A program made the position numbers and the translations under genes. A stretch of DNA of 40,498 nt from Conidiobolus incongruus B7586 (Eukaryota). The stretch lies in assembly GCA_000697335.1 (NCBI GenBank), contig JNEM01008970.1:1-40498 (forward strand), read 5' to 3'. The notes below the pieces were generated by a model. That model had not been told where the DNA came from, did no database searches, and saw nothing but the letters and a program-made list of their open reading frames with translations. Positions 11,796-23,661 of the stretch are shown one piece after another; the stretch's first letter is position 1; each line of letters begins with the position of its first letter.

Positions 11796-12884
11796 ATGTA
11801 CAATAATTACAACAACAATAATAATTTCAATCCTCAGGGAGGTGGTGGATATCCACAAGCTGGACCAAATAATAATAACAATAACATGTATCCTCCCCCT
11901 AATGCAAACATGGGATTTGTATTCCCTAACAGTGGTCCCAATCCTGGAGGTAATTTTAACAATAACAATAACAATAACCCATTCCCTGGACCAAATGTAG
12001 GAGGGTTCGTATCACCTAATTCAAGTCCTTATCCACCATCTAATTATGGACCTTCCAACCCTCCTAACAACATGCACCCACCAAACAATAATAATAACAA
12101 TTTTAGGCCACCTATATCCCCTGGATTCATCCCACCAGGTGGAGGACCCAATAATAATTTTAACCAAGGCCATACAAATCCTGGAAATCAAGGTCCTCCA
12201 AATCAAATTAATCCTGGATACGGAAACCAAGGCCCGCCGAATCAATTCAATCCTGGATATGGGAACCAAGGTCAGCAAAACCAATATAATCAAGGGCAAC
12301 AAAATCCGTGGAACCAGGGTCAACAGAATCAAAGGCCACCAAACCAATTTGGTCAAGGTCCACCATCCAACCAAAATAACCAGCGCCCTCCCCAAAACCA
12401 ACAGCAGCAACCTCCTTCTGGTGGCCCTATTAAACTAGAATGGCGTCCTAGCAACAGGGGTCAAGTACCCCCAGATGCAATTAGAGGAGGTAAGGAAGCT
12501 GACGGTCGTCCACTTTATATTGCTCGCAAAAGAATGGAAGGAGGCCTTCAAGTTGGCAAAGTGGCTCCCCATCTTGAAGGATGTTTCATCCCCTACGCCT
12601 GCAAAGAGAAATTCTTTTCTGATTGTGAAGTGTTGTGCGGCGATGCAAGTAAACTAAGGTGGGTTGAAGTGCGTGGAAGATGCCAACCTAAAGGTTGGGT
12701 TCCTGTGGAAGCTGGTTTTGAAAGAGATGGTACCAAGCTTTGGATTGCTAGAATTATTGAAGGTGATGCCGAAATGCTGGGCAAAGTAGGGTCCCATTTT
12801 AAATCTGGCATTGTGTATGGTTACGACCTTAAAGAGAAATATGCTAGGGATGGTGAGGTTTATCAAGTCCTTGCAATGCCTTGA
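11796..12884 (+). CDS. DM9-repeat (DUF3421) protein with an N-terminal N/Q/P/G-rich low-complexity region, 362 aa
   Basis: Long GC-richer ORF. The C-terminal ~150 aa has two DM9-like repeats (VPPDAIRGGKEADGRPLYIAR...GKV...CEVL and VEAGFERDGTKLWIAR...GKV...YQVL). Confidence 0.88.
   Translation: MYNNYNNNNNFNPQGGGGYPQAGPNNNNNNMYPPPNANMGFVFPNSGPNPGGNFNNNNNNNPFPGPNVGGFVSPNSSPYPPSNYGPSNPPNNMHPPNNNNNNFRPPISPGFIPPGGGPNNNFNQGHTNPGNQGPPNQINPGYGNQGPPNQFNPGYGNQGQQNQYNQGQQNPWNQGQQNQRPPNQFGQGPPSNQNNQRPPQNQQQQPPSGGPIKLEWRPSNRGQVPPDAIRGGKEADGRPLYIARKRMEGGLQVGKVAPHLEGCFIPYACKEKFFSDCEVLCGDASKLRWVEVRGRCQPKGWVPVEAGFERDGTKLWIARIIEGDAEMLGKVGSHFKSGIVYGYDLKEKYARDGEVYQVLAMP
12177..12330 (+). repeat. Imperfect coding tandem repeat, ~39 bp/13 aa (NPGYGNQGPPNQx), degrading to NQGQQNx units
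   Basis: Three AATCCTGGA...CAAGG units are visible in the DNA and the protein. Confidence 0.8.
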
Positions 12885-13894
12885 TTGTGATTGTTATCGA
12901 TAGCAAGTATCTGCTTGTAATCTGCTTATATTTTTAAATTTATCTAAAATACAAAGTTGATTCATTTGATAAAAAGTATAGTTACTTTCGTTAGTTTACA
13001 CTAACTATATTTGATTACTATATCATTTACTGCTCTATATAATTAACTATTAATATCATATTATTCCGAATCTGTACTATTAATTATATATAATTCCATT
13101 GATTTTATTATTATATTATAATTCATTATTTGGATATACAATAATAATTAATTATTTAAACAACTAGATATATTTATATTGCATTAGGATACATGGAATT
13201 TTGGATAATAAACAATATTATTCAAGAAATGAAAGGTTTACCTTTTATTATCATGGCCCTTTATAGTTTTAATAGATAAAAATTTATACTGTCAAGTCCC
13301 TGTGATGTATGAGAAAATATAAAATTTCTAATATCATTGCACTAATTTCGCTTTATTACCCAATAGTAGGATCAAATTCTGTTATTGATTTTCCTAATAA
13401 ATCCCCATGTTCACTTTTATTAAACTTCATGATATTATCTGTTCTTTATATAATCTTCAATATTTATGATTGTTTTTAGTTATTAATTCAATACGATTTT
13501 CAGCTATCAAATATATTGACTGAATTCGGATATTGAATTTAATTACTAATAGAAACAATCTAAACTTATAGCATGTATTCTTGTAAATCTCTACAATTAT
13601 CATCATATCCTATCAATAGGTTCATAGAATATTGATGAATTTGATTCCAAATACCTAAATCTACAAAATTTACTAATTCCTATTCTAATTATTCACAAAT
13701 ATATTCCTAGACTGTTCAATTAACAAAAATGAATTTATTGGTGAAAAAATCAATTCATTATATAATAAAAATCAGATACTAAAAGTTAATAATTATTAAA
13801 ATATATTATAAGTTTAAAATAAAAATAAAAATTTGATGAATTGAAAAAAAAGTAGTTACTGAAAATTCGAAAAATTAAACTTGAAATAGAGATA

Positions 13895-13967
13895 CGCCCA
13901 ATGTGGGGCTCGAACCCACGACCCTCAGATTAAAAGTCTGATGCTCTACCGACTGAGCTAACCGGGC
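13895..13967 (-). tRNA. tRNA-Lys (anticodon UUU), intronless
   Basis: The reverse complement GCCCGGTTAGCTCAGTCGGTAGAGCATCAGACTTTTAATCTGAGGGTCGTGGGTTCGAGCCCCACATTGGGCG is 73 nt and folds as a canonical cloverleaf with A and B boxes. Confidence 0.98.
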
Positions 13968-13977
13968 TATTGGTTAA

Positions 13978-14543
13978 TGTGACACTTATTATCTAATGGA
14001 TACCTTCTCTCACTCAAAATCACTACCAAATCACCGATTATCCCAATTAAGCCATATAAATAATCTCAACCGTTATGAATAAGGCTCTAAACCCTTGATA
14101 TCACAAAATCTATATGTCTTACAACCACGCTATTGATCCGTAATGGCCTATTTATGCCAACCCTTCCCACTCAATCCAAAGCAGGACTTTATATTCTACT
14201 CCACAAATAAACCTTATTTTCCTACTAAAAACCTGCTCTCAAACGTACTCAAGAGGCCGCTTATAGCTTCACTTGAGACATATTCTATTATCCGTCTGCA
14301 TCCATTCTTATTGATATTCTGTGACTTTGCCTTCTTAGCATGTCAAATCCTCACACTGCCACTACTACTGCTGATTTAGTCGCCCTCTTTAATGCCCCAT
14401 TCAACAGTAATCATGGTCAGATCGCCAGGGAACTGATCATAGGCAGTCTACCTCAGTTTGTAGGCACAATGCTTCACAATCTGGCTTACACAATGGCTAT
14501 GTCAGTATCCTCGATGACGTTCAAGGAGCTAATAACCGTGACA
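13978..14543. mobile_element. Probable solo LTR (566 bp) just upstream of tRNA-Lys
   Basis: GC-richer block bounded by TGTGAC...GTGACA and flanked by a perfect 5-bp duplication GTTAA (13973-13977, 14544-14548). Confidence 0.75.
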
Positions 14544-15402
14544 GTTAATGGATTAAGCTTAAATATAATAAAATAATGACTTTCACCAATTCATTGTGAA
14601 TTTGAAATCATACCTTTTTCCATTCTTTAAACAAATAATACATTTTCAATAATATACTTATTAAAATATGCTATTTATAAGCCTTAGTTAAATTCAAGTA
14701 TTCTATCATTATTTACTCAATCGAAATACTTAAATATATTGTAATAGCAATAATATTATTCAAAACAAATAAAATAAACATTAGTTGAATAATAATTGTT
14801 TTTAATTTTTTATCATTTGTTAATAATTTGAGCCATTATTTGAAATATGTCTATGTTTAATTGAATTTATCTCTTGTCAGGTCTATATATTTAAATAATG
14901 TGATAGTTGAAATCAGAGTGAATACTCGTGCAGAGTAAATGTGGTAATTTTATATATTTAGTGTAGGTTGAAAAATATTCGTTTATAATTTATTTATTAT
15001 TATAAGTACATAAATTAAATTTCAAATTGAATGTTGAATGTGTTAAAAATTAAAAATGATTTGTTTTAAAATAAAATTCAAACTTCAACACTAAACTCAT
15101 AAGGGATATTTGCAAATATCTTTGATCAGCTGGAAATAAGTCAAATGATACATGTATTTAAAATTTTAATCGAAATTTAATATTAATATTTTCAGTAAAT
15201 TAGTATTTAAAAACATTTGGTTAATTTGAATTTAAATTCAATTCTCTAATAAATTTTATGGGACAAATTAATGATATTATAAATATATGATACGTAATCA
15301 AAAATTACAAAAATTTAAATTTAATATTCTTAATCATCATTAACAATTATTCAATTCAATTTTTTAAAATAATTTTAAGCTTAATAATTTAAGTATATTA
15401 TA

Positions 15403-16402
15403 ATGAGCAGAGAAGCTGGTTACGATCGTCATATTACAGTATTTTCTAGAGAGGGCAGACTTTATCAAGTTGGTCAGTATTATTAAATTTTTCAATATGT
15501 TCATTAATTAATTCATCGTGTAGAGTATGCTTTTAAAGCTATTTCCAACTCAGGTCAAACTTCTGTAGGTGTGAGGGGTAAAACTTGTTCAGTGGTAGCC
15601 ACTCAGCGCAAAATTCCCGTAAATTTTAATAAATTTTAGACATTATAGTTACAAATAATTAATTTATAATTTAGGATAAGCTTTTGGATCCCAGTACCGT
15701 TACTCAATTATTTCAAATTACACCTAATATCGGATGTGTAATGACTGGATTAATACGTAATCAATATTTAGAATACTATACAATTTGTTAATTAATTATA
15801 AATTAATTTAGCTGATTCGAGAGCTCAAGTTAGTAAAGCTAGAGAAGAAGCTGCCGATTTTCGTTATAAATACGGTTACGAAATTACTCCCGATATTTTA
15901 GCTAAACGTATGGCTAATATTAATCAAGTTTACACTCAGCATGCTGCTATGAGACCCTTGGGTGTTTGTAAGTGATTTCCTAATGTTTTTACCTATTTTG
16001 TTAATATGTTTGCATAGCTATGATTCTCATTGGTATGGACGAAGAATTGGGTCCTAGACTATTTAAAATCGATCCTGCCGGTTACTACGTCGGTTACAAA
16101 GCTACCGGAGCGGGTGCCAAGCAGCAAGATGTTTTAAATCACTTGGAAAAGAAGCTGAAGAGAGAATCTGAACTCAATGACCAAGACACCATCGAGGTTC
16201 ACTATAACCTAATATCGTAATATTATCACATATTAACATAGTATTTTAGTTGGCTATTACTACTTTATCTACTGTATTATCAGTTGATTTTAAACCATCT
16301 GAGATTGAAATAGCTGTAGTCAGTGAATCTCAACCCCAGTTCACCGTGTTGAAGGAAAGTGAAATTGAAGCTCATTTACAGAGAATTGTCGAAAAAGATT
16401 AA
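15403..16402 (+). CDS. SCL1: 20S proteasome subunit alpha-1 (alpha type-6), 6 exons
   Basis: Spliced translation [30 protein letters not shown]...[12 protein letters not shown]...[17 protein letters not shown]...HLQRIVEKD*, with five ~50-nt GT-AG introns. Confidence 0.95.
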
Positions 16403-17565
16403 TTGAATTTTATTATCCATTTTTTAAAGTAAATTTTTATTCTAGTATATATAAATCTGTCTAATAATTTAAATTTTATTATTATAAATTATCTCAGACT
16501 TTTATTAACATGATTTAGAATATATGGTTTTTAGATATACATTGGATTTAAAATAATGAAGAGATTTTGATTAGTTATATTTTTACGATTACTGAATATT
16601 TTATAATTACGAAATCATTTGATTAATTTTTTAAAAAATTAAAATACAATCAATATTCACTTAAATCACATTTTAAATATACTTATTAAATTTACCATAT
16701 TTAACATTTGTAAACTAAAATTGTACTCAAATTAATCAATAATATTAATAAAATCAAACTTTCAATATATGGATGCTTAACAATTTCAACTTTTAAAGTA
16801 AAAACATAGTGGTTTGACTTTTTATACTCACTTATTATATATTTTAAATAGTATTGATTTCATAACGCTTTTAACATTTTTTCTACCTACTCTATTTGGA
16901 CCATATCAAATACCCAATGCTGAGATTACCTGTATACCTGAAAATTAATTACATCATGATTTCTTATTATTAAATATATTGAATGTATTTAAATAATTTT
17001 TATAAAACAAATCAAGAAAGATATCAAATATAATGTGATGAAATAATAAAATTTAAGTGAATTTTCGATCTATTTTTATTTTTAAACAAGTGAACAGAAT
17101 AATTAAATAATAAATAATATTACTCTGTATGGAAATATTAATGATGAAATCTTTGATTATGTTTGTTGTATTAATTATTCAATTATTTAATATTTTCGAA
17201 CAAAAACCTTAAATTTTTAATAAGAATTACAATTTTTGAAATATATTCAAAATATGTATGGAGCAAATGATATGCTGAAGTGTGGTTAAATGATCGAAGC
17301 ACAAAGTTATTAAAGTTGGACACTACTTAGCAATTAATGTAGTATTATTTATATTTTTATTATAATATTTAATAATTTCTTAAATATATTTAGTTGAACT
17401 TATAATATCAATAATAAAAGTCAGATTATTACGTAATTAAATGAATATTGTTTAATTTGATATTATTAAAAGGAATGTTTTATTAAAATGAAATGAATCA
17501 ATTAAACCTCGTATTAATTCAAATCAATATCAGAATAACCTCATCAAATTAAACATTGAATGGTG

Positions 17566-19469
17566 TTAAAGTTCATCGTCTTCACTGTAGGTCTTGGACT
17601 CTGATTTGGATTTACTATCAGCTTCAACCAAAGGTTTGCAAGCAGCAGGAGTGAGCATACTGATATGATATTCACACTTAGAGGGCTCTGTGACTGAGGT
17701 AATCTTTTCTTCAGTGCCGCATGACAAGTATAACTAAACAAATAATTAATGTATTTGAGAGCTTTTAAATGGAAATATAATTACTTTGACAGATCTACTG
17801 GGACCGTTCCAACAGGGAGTTCCATTGCTATATAGTTGAGTAGAGTAGTCGGATCCAGTCCATTCGGAGAAGGTTCTAAACATTTCAAAATGAGCAAAAT
17901 ATAACTCAATATTTGTTATAAATAAATATTACCCTAAGCTGACACTGTCGCCATTCTTATTAGATTTTTGCTTAGCTTCACCAAACATGCAAACGGAATA
18001 GACATATTCACCATTATCCAATTCGAAGCACTTGTCGCTGAGGGCGGAGTACTCTCCTTCTGGACCCATATCTCTGTTGATTTTAGCGTTCAGATCGTCC
18101 AACTCATTTTTAACTTGGGAGCGTTCACTGTCCAAGTTCCAGTAGTCAGATCGAGCGTTCGAGGCGTCTATAGGAAATTTGGATAAGAATACTCTTTCTA
18201 ATAAACTACGAACAGATGCTATCTGTTCCATAATTATATTGTAAAAATATAAACCTTGTCTGATTTTGGTGGCATTTTCATCCGAGTTATCCGATGTAGT
18301 TGGCTCATAGCTAGAGTCGGTTGTGAGCCTGGGGTCGGTGTAAATGTCCACGGGCTTGTAGTTGTCTTTGAATTCGTCATAGGAAGTGATGGCTCCTTTA
18401 ACTGCCATATCATGATAGTTTTGATTGTGGTGTTCTTTAAGATCCTTTAACACATCTAACAAGTGGTCAATATCCTTCTTTTGTTCTTCAATGATATTTT
18501 CCAAAGTAGAGATTTTATTTTCAAGTTTGATAATGCGATTGGATTGTCTGGTAGCTAATAATCATCATTAATCAGGTGATATATTATATTAATTAAATAT
18601 AATAAATACCTTCATCCTGCTTATTCAATTCATCCTCCAATTTTTCCTTCTCTTCTTTAATAACTAAAACAATATAAATAATTTATATTTCTATTAATAA
18701 ATAAACTAAAAACCTCTCAATTCTTCTAATTTCTTGTCCAACTTGTCGAATTTAGCTTGAACTTCTTTTAATTTTTGTTCAGTTTCTGCTTTCCAAGTCT
18801 TAAATTGAGCGATATATTTTGATTTGACAGATAAACCCTAATAAATAAAGTTAATAAAAGAGTAAATATATCGTTGAATATTATTTACCAAATCGATAAT
18901 CTTTTGTTTTTCCTTTAATTTTTTAGTTTCATTAAGGGCAACTTGTTCACAAACATTAGGACATTCAATTTTGCCATCATATTCGTCAGTTCCATCACAA
19001 CATTCGGGATCTATTCAAAATTTAATAACAGAATACATAATTTTTGTAAAATATAATCTTACCACAAATACCGTCATTAACCCTTGAAGATAAAATTTTA
19101 GCGGGTTTATAACCTTTATTTTGGCAATAGAACGTAAAATCACAAGCTGAAGTACCTAAAACTCAACAGTTAGTATTCAGTTATATTATATATTATAATT
19201 GATATAAATACCAGGTTCATCAGAGCCGTCGGGACAGTCACAATAATCGTCATTAACATCCTTCAAATCAATAGTTTTAGACCCGTCGAAACATGTAAAT
19301 TTATCTTGAAAATAAACTTCATGTACTAAATTCCAAAATTAATAAATTTGATTCAAATAATTTCTTTGAAATTACATTCTGGAGGAGCTCCGTACAACGG
19401 ATACAGTTGAGTAGCATTAGCTACAGAAAGAGAAATAATATAGCTTAATAATAAATTATTATTCTTCAT
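17566..19469 (-). CDS. GTB1: Glucosidase II beta subunit (PRKCSH-like), about 9 exons
   Basis: Signal peptide, [37 protein letters not shown], a coiled coil, an MRH domain ([15 protein letters not shown]) and a C-terminal DDEL*; short GT-AG introns. Confidence 0.94.
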
Positions 19470-19833
19470 TTTATTTTATTATTGATAATGATTTAGTGAA
19501 TAAAAGAATAATTATAATTATTTAATTTTAATATAATTTAATGGTGAGATACGTCATTCAACCATTGGTTAATTTATTATGAATTGTTAATTAATTAAAA
19601 TTTAATACATATAAGCAAATAAAATTCATTTTTTGTTAACTTTTTTGTAAATAAAATTTTAAAAGTTATAAATATAAATAGGTTCCTATTTTTATAACAT
19701 AATTAATATATAATTACCTATTTAATAAAATGTATAAAAATTAAAATAAAAAATTCAAATTTTAATATTTAAGATTCAATACTATATCAAATCAATTTTG
19801 AAAATTTGAAATATTTGAAATTTTTTGATAATA

Positions 19834-21131
19834 TTAGTATGGAAATTAAGAAATGGTAAATTTTTTAATTTTTAATCTTTCAAACATATTATACATTTTG
19901 AAAGATTTTTTATATATAAAATATATAGGAAAATAAATATTTTCAAACTATATATATATATATATATATTTAGTTTTAATTATTATTTTTTATTAAAATA
20001 TTTCAATTTTAAAATTTACTCTTAAATTTAATCATACTTAAATTAGATAATAATTATCAAAAGGCTCTCGTTTTTATATCTTTAAAACTTAACCATAACC
20101 TTTTAAAATCATTTAAAACTTAAAAATAGCTTATGGAGATGGTGTTTTATCTAAAACTACCATATATTACTAGATTTGTGATTTTAATGCTAGAAGGGAT
20201 ATTATTTAAAATTTGCTAAAATCTAAAAGATTAATTTCTACTGTTATTCTTTTATTTACCAATAAAATAAAAAAATATATTAAGAAATACCTTTTTATTT
20301 CTATTAAAAAACTATCAAAACAATTTAATATTAATTATACAAGTATATTATATATATTTAAGTTTAAACTTAGTTTAATCAATAAAAATATAAAATAGAT
20401 ATCATATATTTTAATAAAAGCTTAAAAGAAAATTAGAATAATTATAGCTAAATTCAATTTATTAAGATATAACTAAAAACAAAGGTTTTTACAATAAATA
20501 CTTATAATTAATAAATTATAAATTCTTTTATATAATCCTTTATTTAAATATGAAAAAGATGTTAAGTTAAATTAATAACCTTTATAAATTCCAATAAACA
20601 AATATTTTAAAAATAAACAAATATTAATTATTATAATAAATTATAATAGTATATAGTTTTTTTATTTAATAACTCAAGGAAAATTAATTATTAGTAAATT
20701 ATATATTATTTTTTTAAATAAAATAATTTTTAAATGGTGTTTTTAATATAAATTAAAGATTATTATTATTTTGTATAATAATTGTAAAATATATAAAAGT
20801 ATAGTTATAAAAGATTTTATATATAAAAAAACTAAAAAGAGTTACTTTATCTAATATATTTACTTGACTATAACTTATATAATCATAATTGATTTAGATA
20901 ATTAAAAAAACAGCTTATAAGAAAAATAAATTCTTGCAAATAAAATAAATTAATTGATAAAATATCAAATTTTAAGCTTTAATAAAAAATTATTTTTTAA
21001 GTATTAAAAGCTTATTAAAAATATAGAAAAAAGTTATTAATAATTAGAGAGGCTATTAATTTTATATTATTTATTAATTTATTTAGTAAATTTTAATTTC
21101 AAAATTATATCATTATTGAATTTTTTATTAA
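19834..21131 (+). mobile_element. Degenerate mariner (DD34D) transposon, copy A (divergent subfamily)
   Basis: About 1.3 kb and colinear with copies B and C. Relic motifs are AYGDGVLSKTTIYY*, LLKSKRL (=LPKSGRP), K*ISYIL (=WVPHxL) and INKL*ILLYNP (=DESW). TIRs are degenerate, so the ends are approximate. Confidence 0.85.
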
Positions 21132-21351
21132 TAATAAATATCATTCATATATAATATATAATATATAATTATAATATAGAAAATCTTTATAAAAATAAAA
21201 TTATTTTTTTGATTTTAAATTGTTTAAATTTTATTTTATAAAAAATATTCAAAAACCATATGTTTCAATTATTTGATAATTAAATAAACTATTATATATT
21301 TAAGTTTAATATGAGTTATATATATAAATCAATTATTTTTTCCTAATATTA

Positions 21352-22646
21352 TTACTATAGAATCAAAAAAATAGGAAATTTTTTAATTTCTGATTTTTCA
21401 AATATATTATTATTTTAAATAAAGAAATATATACAAAAAATAAATAGTTTTGAATTATATATATATAATAATTTTTTTGATTAAAAAATTAATTTTTTAA
21501 AATTGGTTATTTGATTTAATTAAGCTTAAATCAAATAATAACCATTAAGAGTCTTTTATTTTAGTATTAATAAAACTTAACCACAAACCTTTTAAAATTA
21601 TTTAAAATTTATAAGTAGCTTTTAGTAATAAAGTATTATCTAAATCAACAATTTATTACTAGGTAAATTACTTTAAGGTTAAGTGAAAAACTACCTAAAA
21701 CTTGCTAAAATTTAAAAGATTAATTTCAATTATTATTTTTCTAATTATTAATAAAATGAAATATAATATTGAAAAACACCTTTTTATTTTAGTTAGAGAA
21801 TTATTAAGATATTTTAATATTAGTCACATAAGTATATTCTATATTAAAGTTTAAATTAAAATTAATTAATTAAAATATAAAAATATATATTTTATAATTT
21901 AACTAAAGCTTAAAAAAAGCTAAAGTAGCTATTGCTAAATATAACTAACTTAGGTATAGCTAAAAACCAAGGCTTTTACAATAAATTATTATAATTAATA
22001 AATCTTAGATTTCTTTATATAATCCTTTACTAAAATATAAATTAAAGTGTTAGATTAAGTTAAATCAACCCTCTTTATAAATTCCTTTAAATAAATATTT
22101 TATTGATAAATAAATATTAATTGTTTAATAAATTATAATGGTATATGCTATTTTTATTTAATTCCTAAAAGAAAATCAATTAATAGTAAACTTTATATTT
22201 CTTTTTTAATAAAAATTATTTATAATTGATATTCTTAATATAATTTAAGAAAACCTATTATTTTGTATGATAATTATAAAATACATAAATATAAAGCTAT
22301 AAAAAACCTTCTAATTAAAAATAACTGGAAAAAACTACCATATCTAATATACTCTTTAGATTATAACCTATGTAATTATAATTATTTTAAGTAATTAAAA
22401 AACTAGCTTACAGGAAAGAAAATTTCTATAAAAAAATTTAATTAATTTGTGAGATATTGAAATTTAGTCTTTAATAAAAAGAACTGTTTTTTAAGTGTTA
22501 GATCTTTGTTAAAAGTATGGAAAAAAGTTATCAAAAATAAAGGAAATTATTAATTTTATATTATATATTTATTTTAGTTTTTATATATTAAAATGTTTAT
22601 TATTTATCAATTGCAAAAAATTCACATTATTTAAATTAAAAAGTAA
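21352..22646 (+). mobile_element. Degenerate mariner (DD34D) transposon, copy B
   Basis: Imperfect ~33-bp TIRs (TTACT...AAT(A)GGAAATTTTTT) flanked by TA. The relic LYDN...WKKLPYLIYSLDYNLCNY corresponds to HDN...HPxYSPDxxPCDY with 34-codon spacing. Confidence 0.9.
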
Positions 22647-23661
22647 TAATATTAATTTATTAATTATATTTTTAAATTTATTAAAAGTTGCAATTTTAGA
22701 TATTATTATTAATATCTGATTAATTTATAAATTAGTCTTTGTAAACTTGTATTATAGTTTGTTTCACCAGCTACTCAATAGGAAGTATTTTAAGATTATT
22801 ATTTTATTCATTTTATAAGTAAGAACTTCAATAAATCTTCATTTGATTGCAAAAAAGATTGATTTATTATGGATTATATTTTGAATAAAATTTAATATAA
22901 ATTAATTTTTTTACTTTAATTGAAAGTTAATAATATTTAATTATTTTGCTATATACAGTATTATCAAATAAATTGATGTCAGTAATATTAGATATAGTAT
23001 AATGTTATATTTCAAAATTAACTACCCTTTTAAATCTAATAGTTAAATTAATATTATTTTCTATTTTAGGTTGTTTTTGTCAATCCATAATTAAAGGATA
23101 CTTTTTGTTCTCTTTGTTAAGTATATTATTCATTGAATCAACTATTTAAACCCCAAAAGTGATATAGATAGAAAGAAGGTTTTTCTAGATATTCTGCTAT
23201 AATATTTCAATAATAAGTTCTAAGGCATGTAATCTTAATATATTAAAAAGCAAGATTAATAAATAGTTTACTAAATCATATTACAAGTACTTTTCTAACA
23301 ACAATCTTTAATTATAACACTTATTATAAAATGTCGAGTTATTAGTGAAAAATTCAGTTAATTAGTTATTTTACTAGTTTATTATTAAGGATTTGCTTAT
23401 TTAATTTTATTTGAGAAATCATAATAATTTGATGTTAATATAATGGGAGAATTTGTACTTCTCCAAAGATAAATTAGTTTTGCTTATCATATTTAATAAA
23501 GTTATTCTTTTGGTTACTAATACTGATAATTTTTGTCTAATTAATTTATTTTGAGGTTAATAAAACTTAACTTTATTTTGACTGTAAAATATAGAAAACC
23601 AGTGTAACTCAGAGATTAATAATATGCATAATCCCCTCCAATCAAGATTTGACTTAAAAAG

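Noticed and set aside
12021..12866. Five short ORFs overlapping the DM9 gene
   Set aside because: Alternative-frame or antisense shadows of a GC-richer CDS.
13330..13440. Minus-strand peptide MKFNKSEHGDLLGKSITEFDPTIG with a possible splice donor
   Set aside because: Too short, and I could not build a supporting exon chain.
13978..14105. Shorter 128-bp TGTGA...TCACA LTR candidate
   Set aside because: No matching target duplication; the 14543 end has the GTTAA duplication and matches the GC boundary.
14143..14576. Two 78-aa ORFs, one vaguely gag-like
   Set aside because: They lie in the solo LTR, one runs across its target duplication, and neither has a diagnostic motif.
20213..20398. 61-aa ORF as an independent gene
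   Set aside because: It is a stop-free stretch of the mariner transposase relic.
22700..23300. Possible F-box-like gene relic on the minus strand (ALELIIEIL)
   Set aside because: Only a few matching residues with stops; not supportable by eye.
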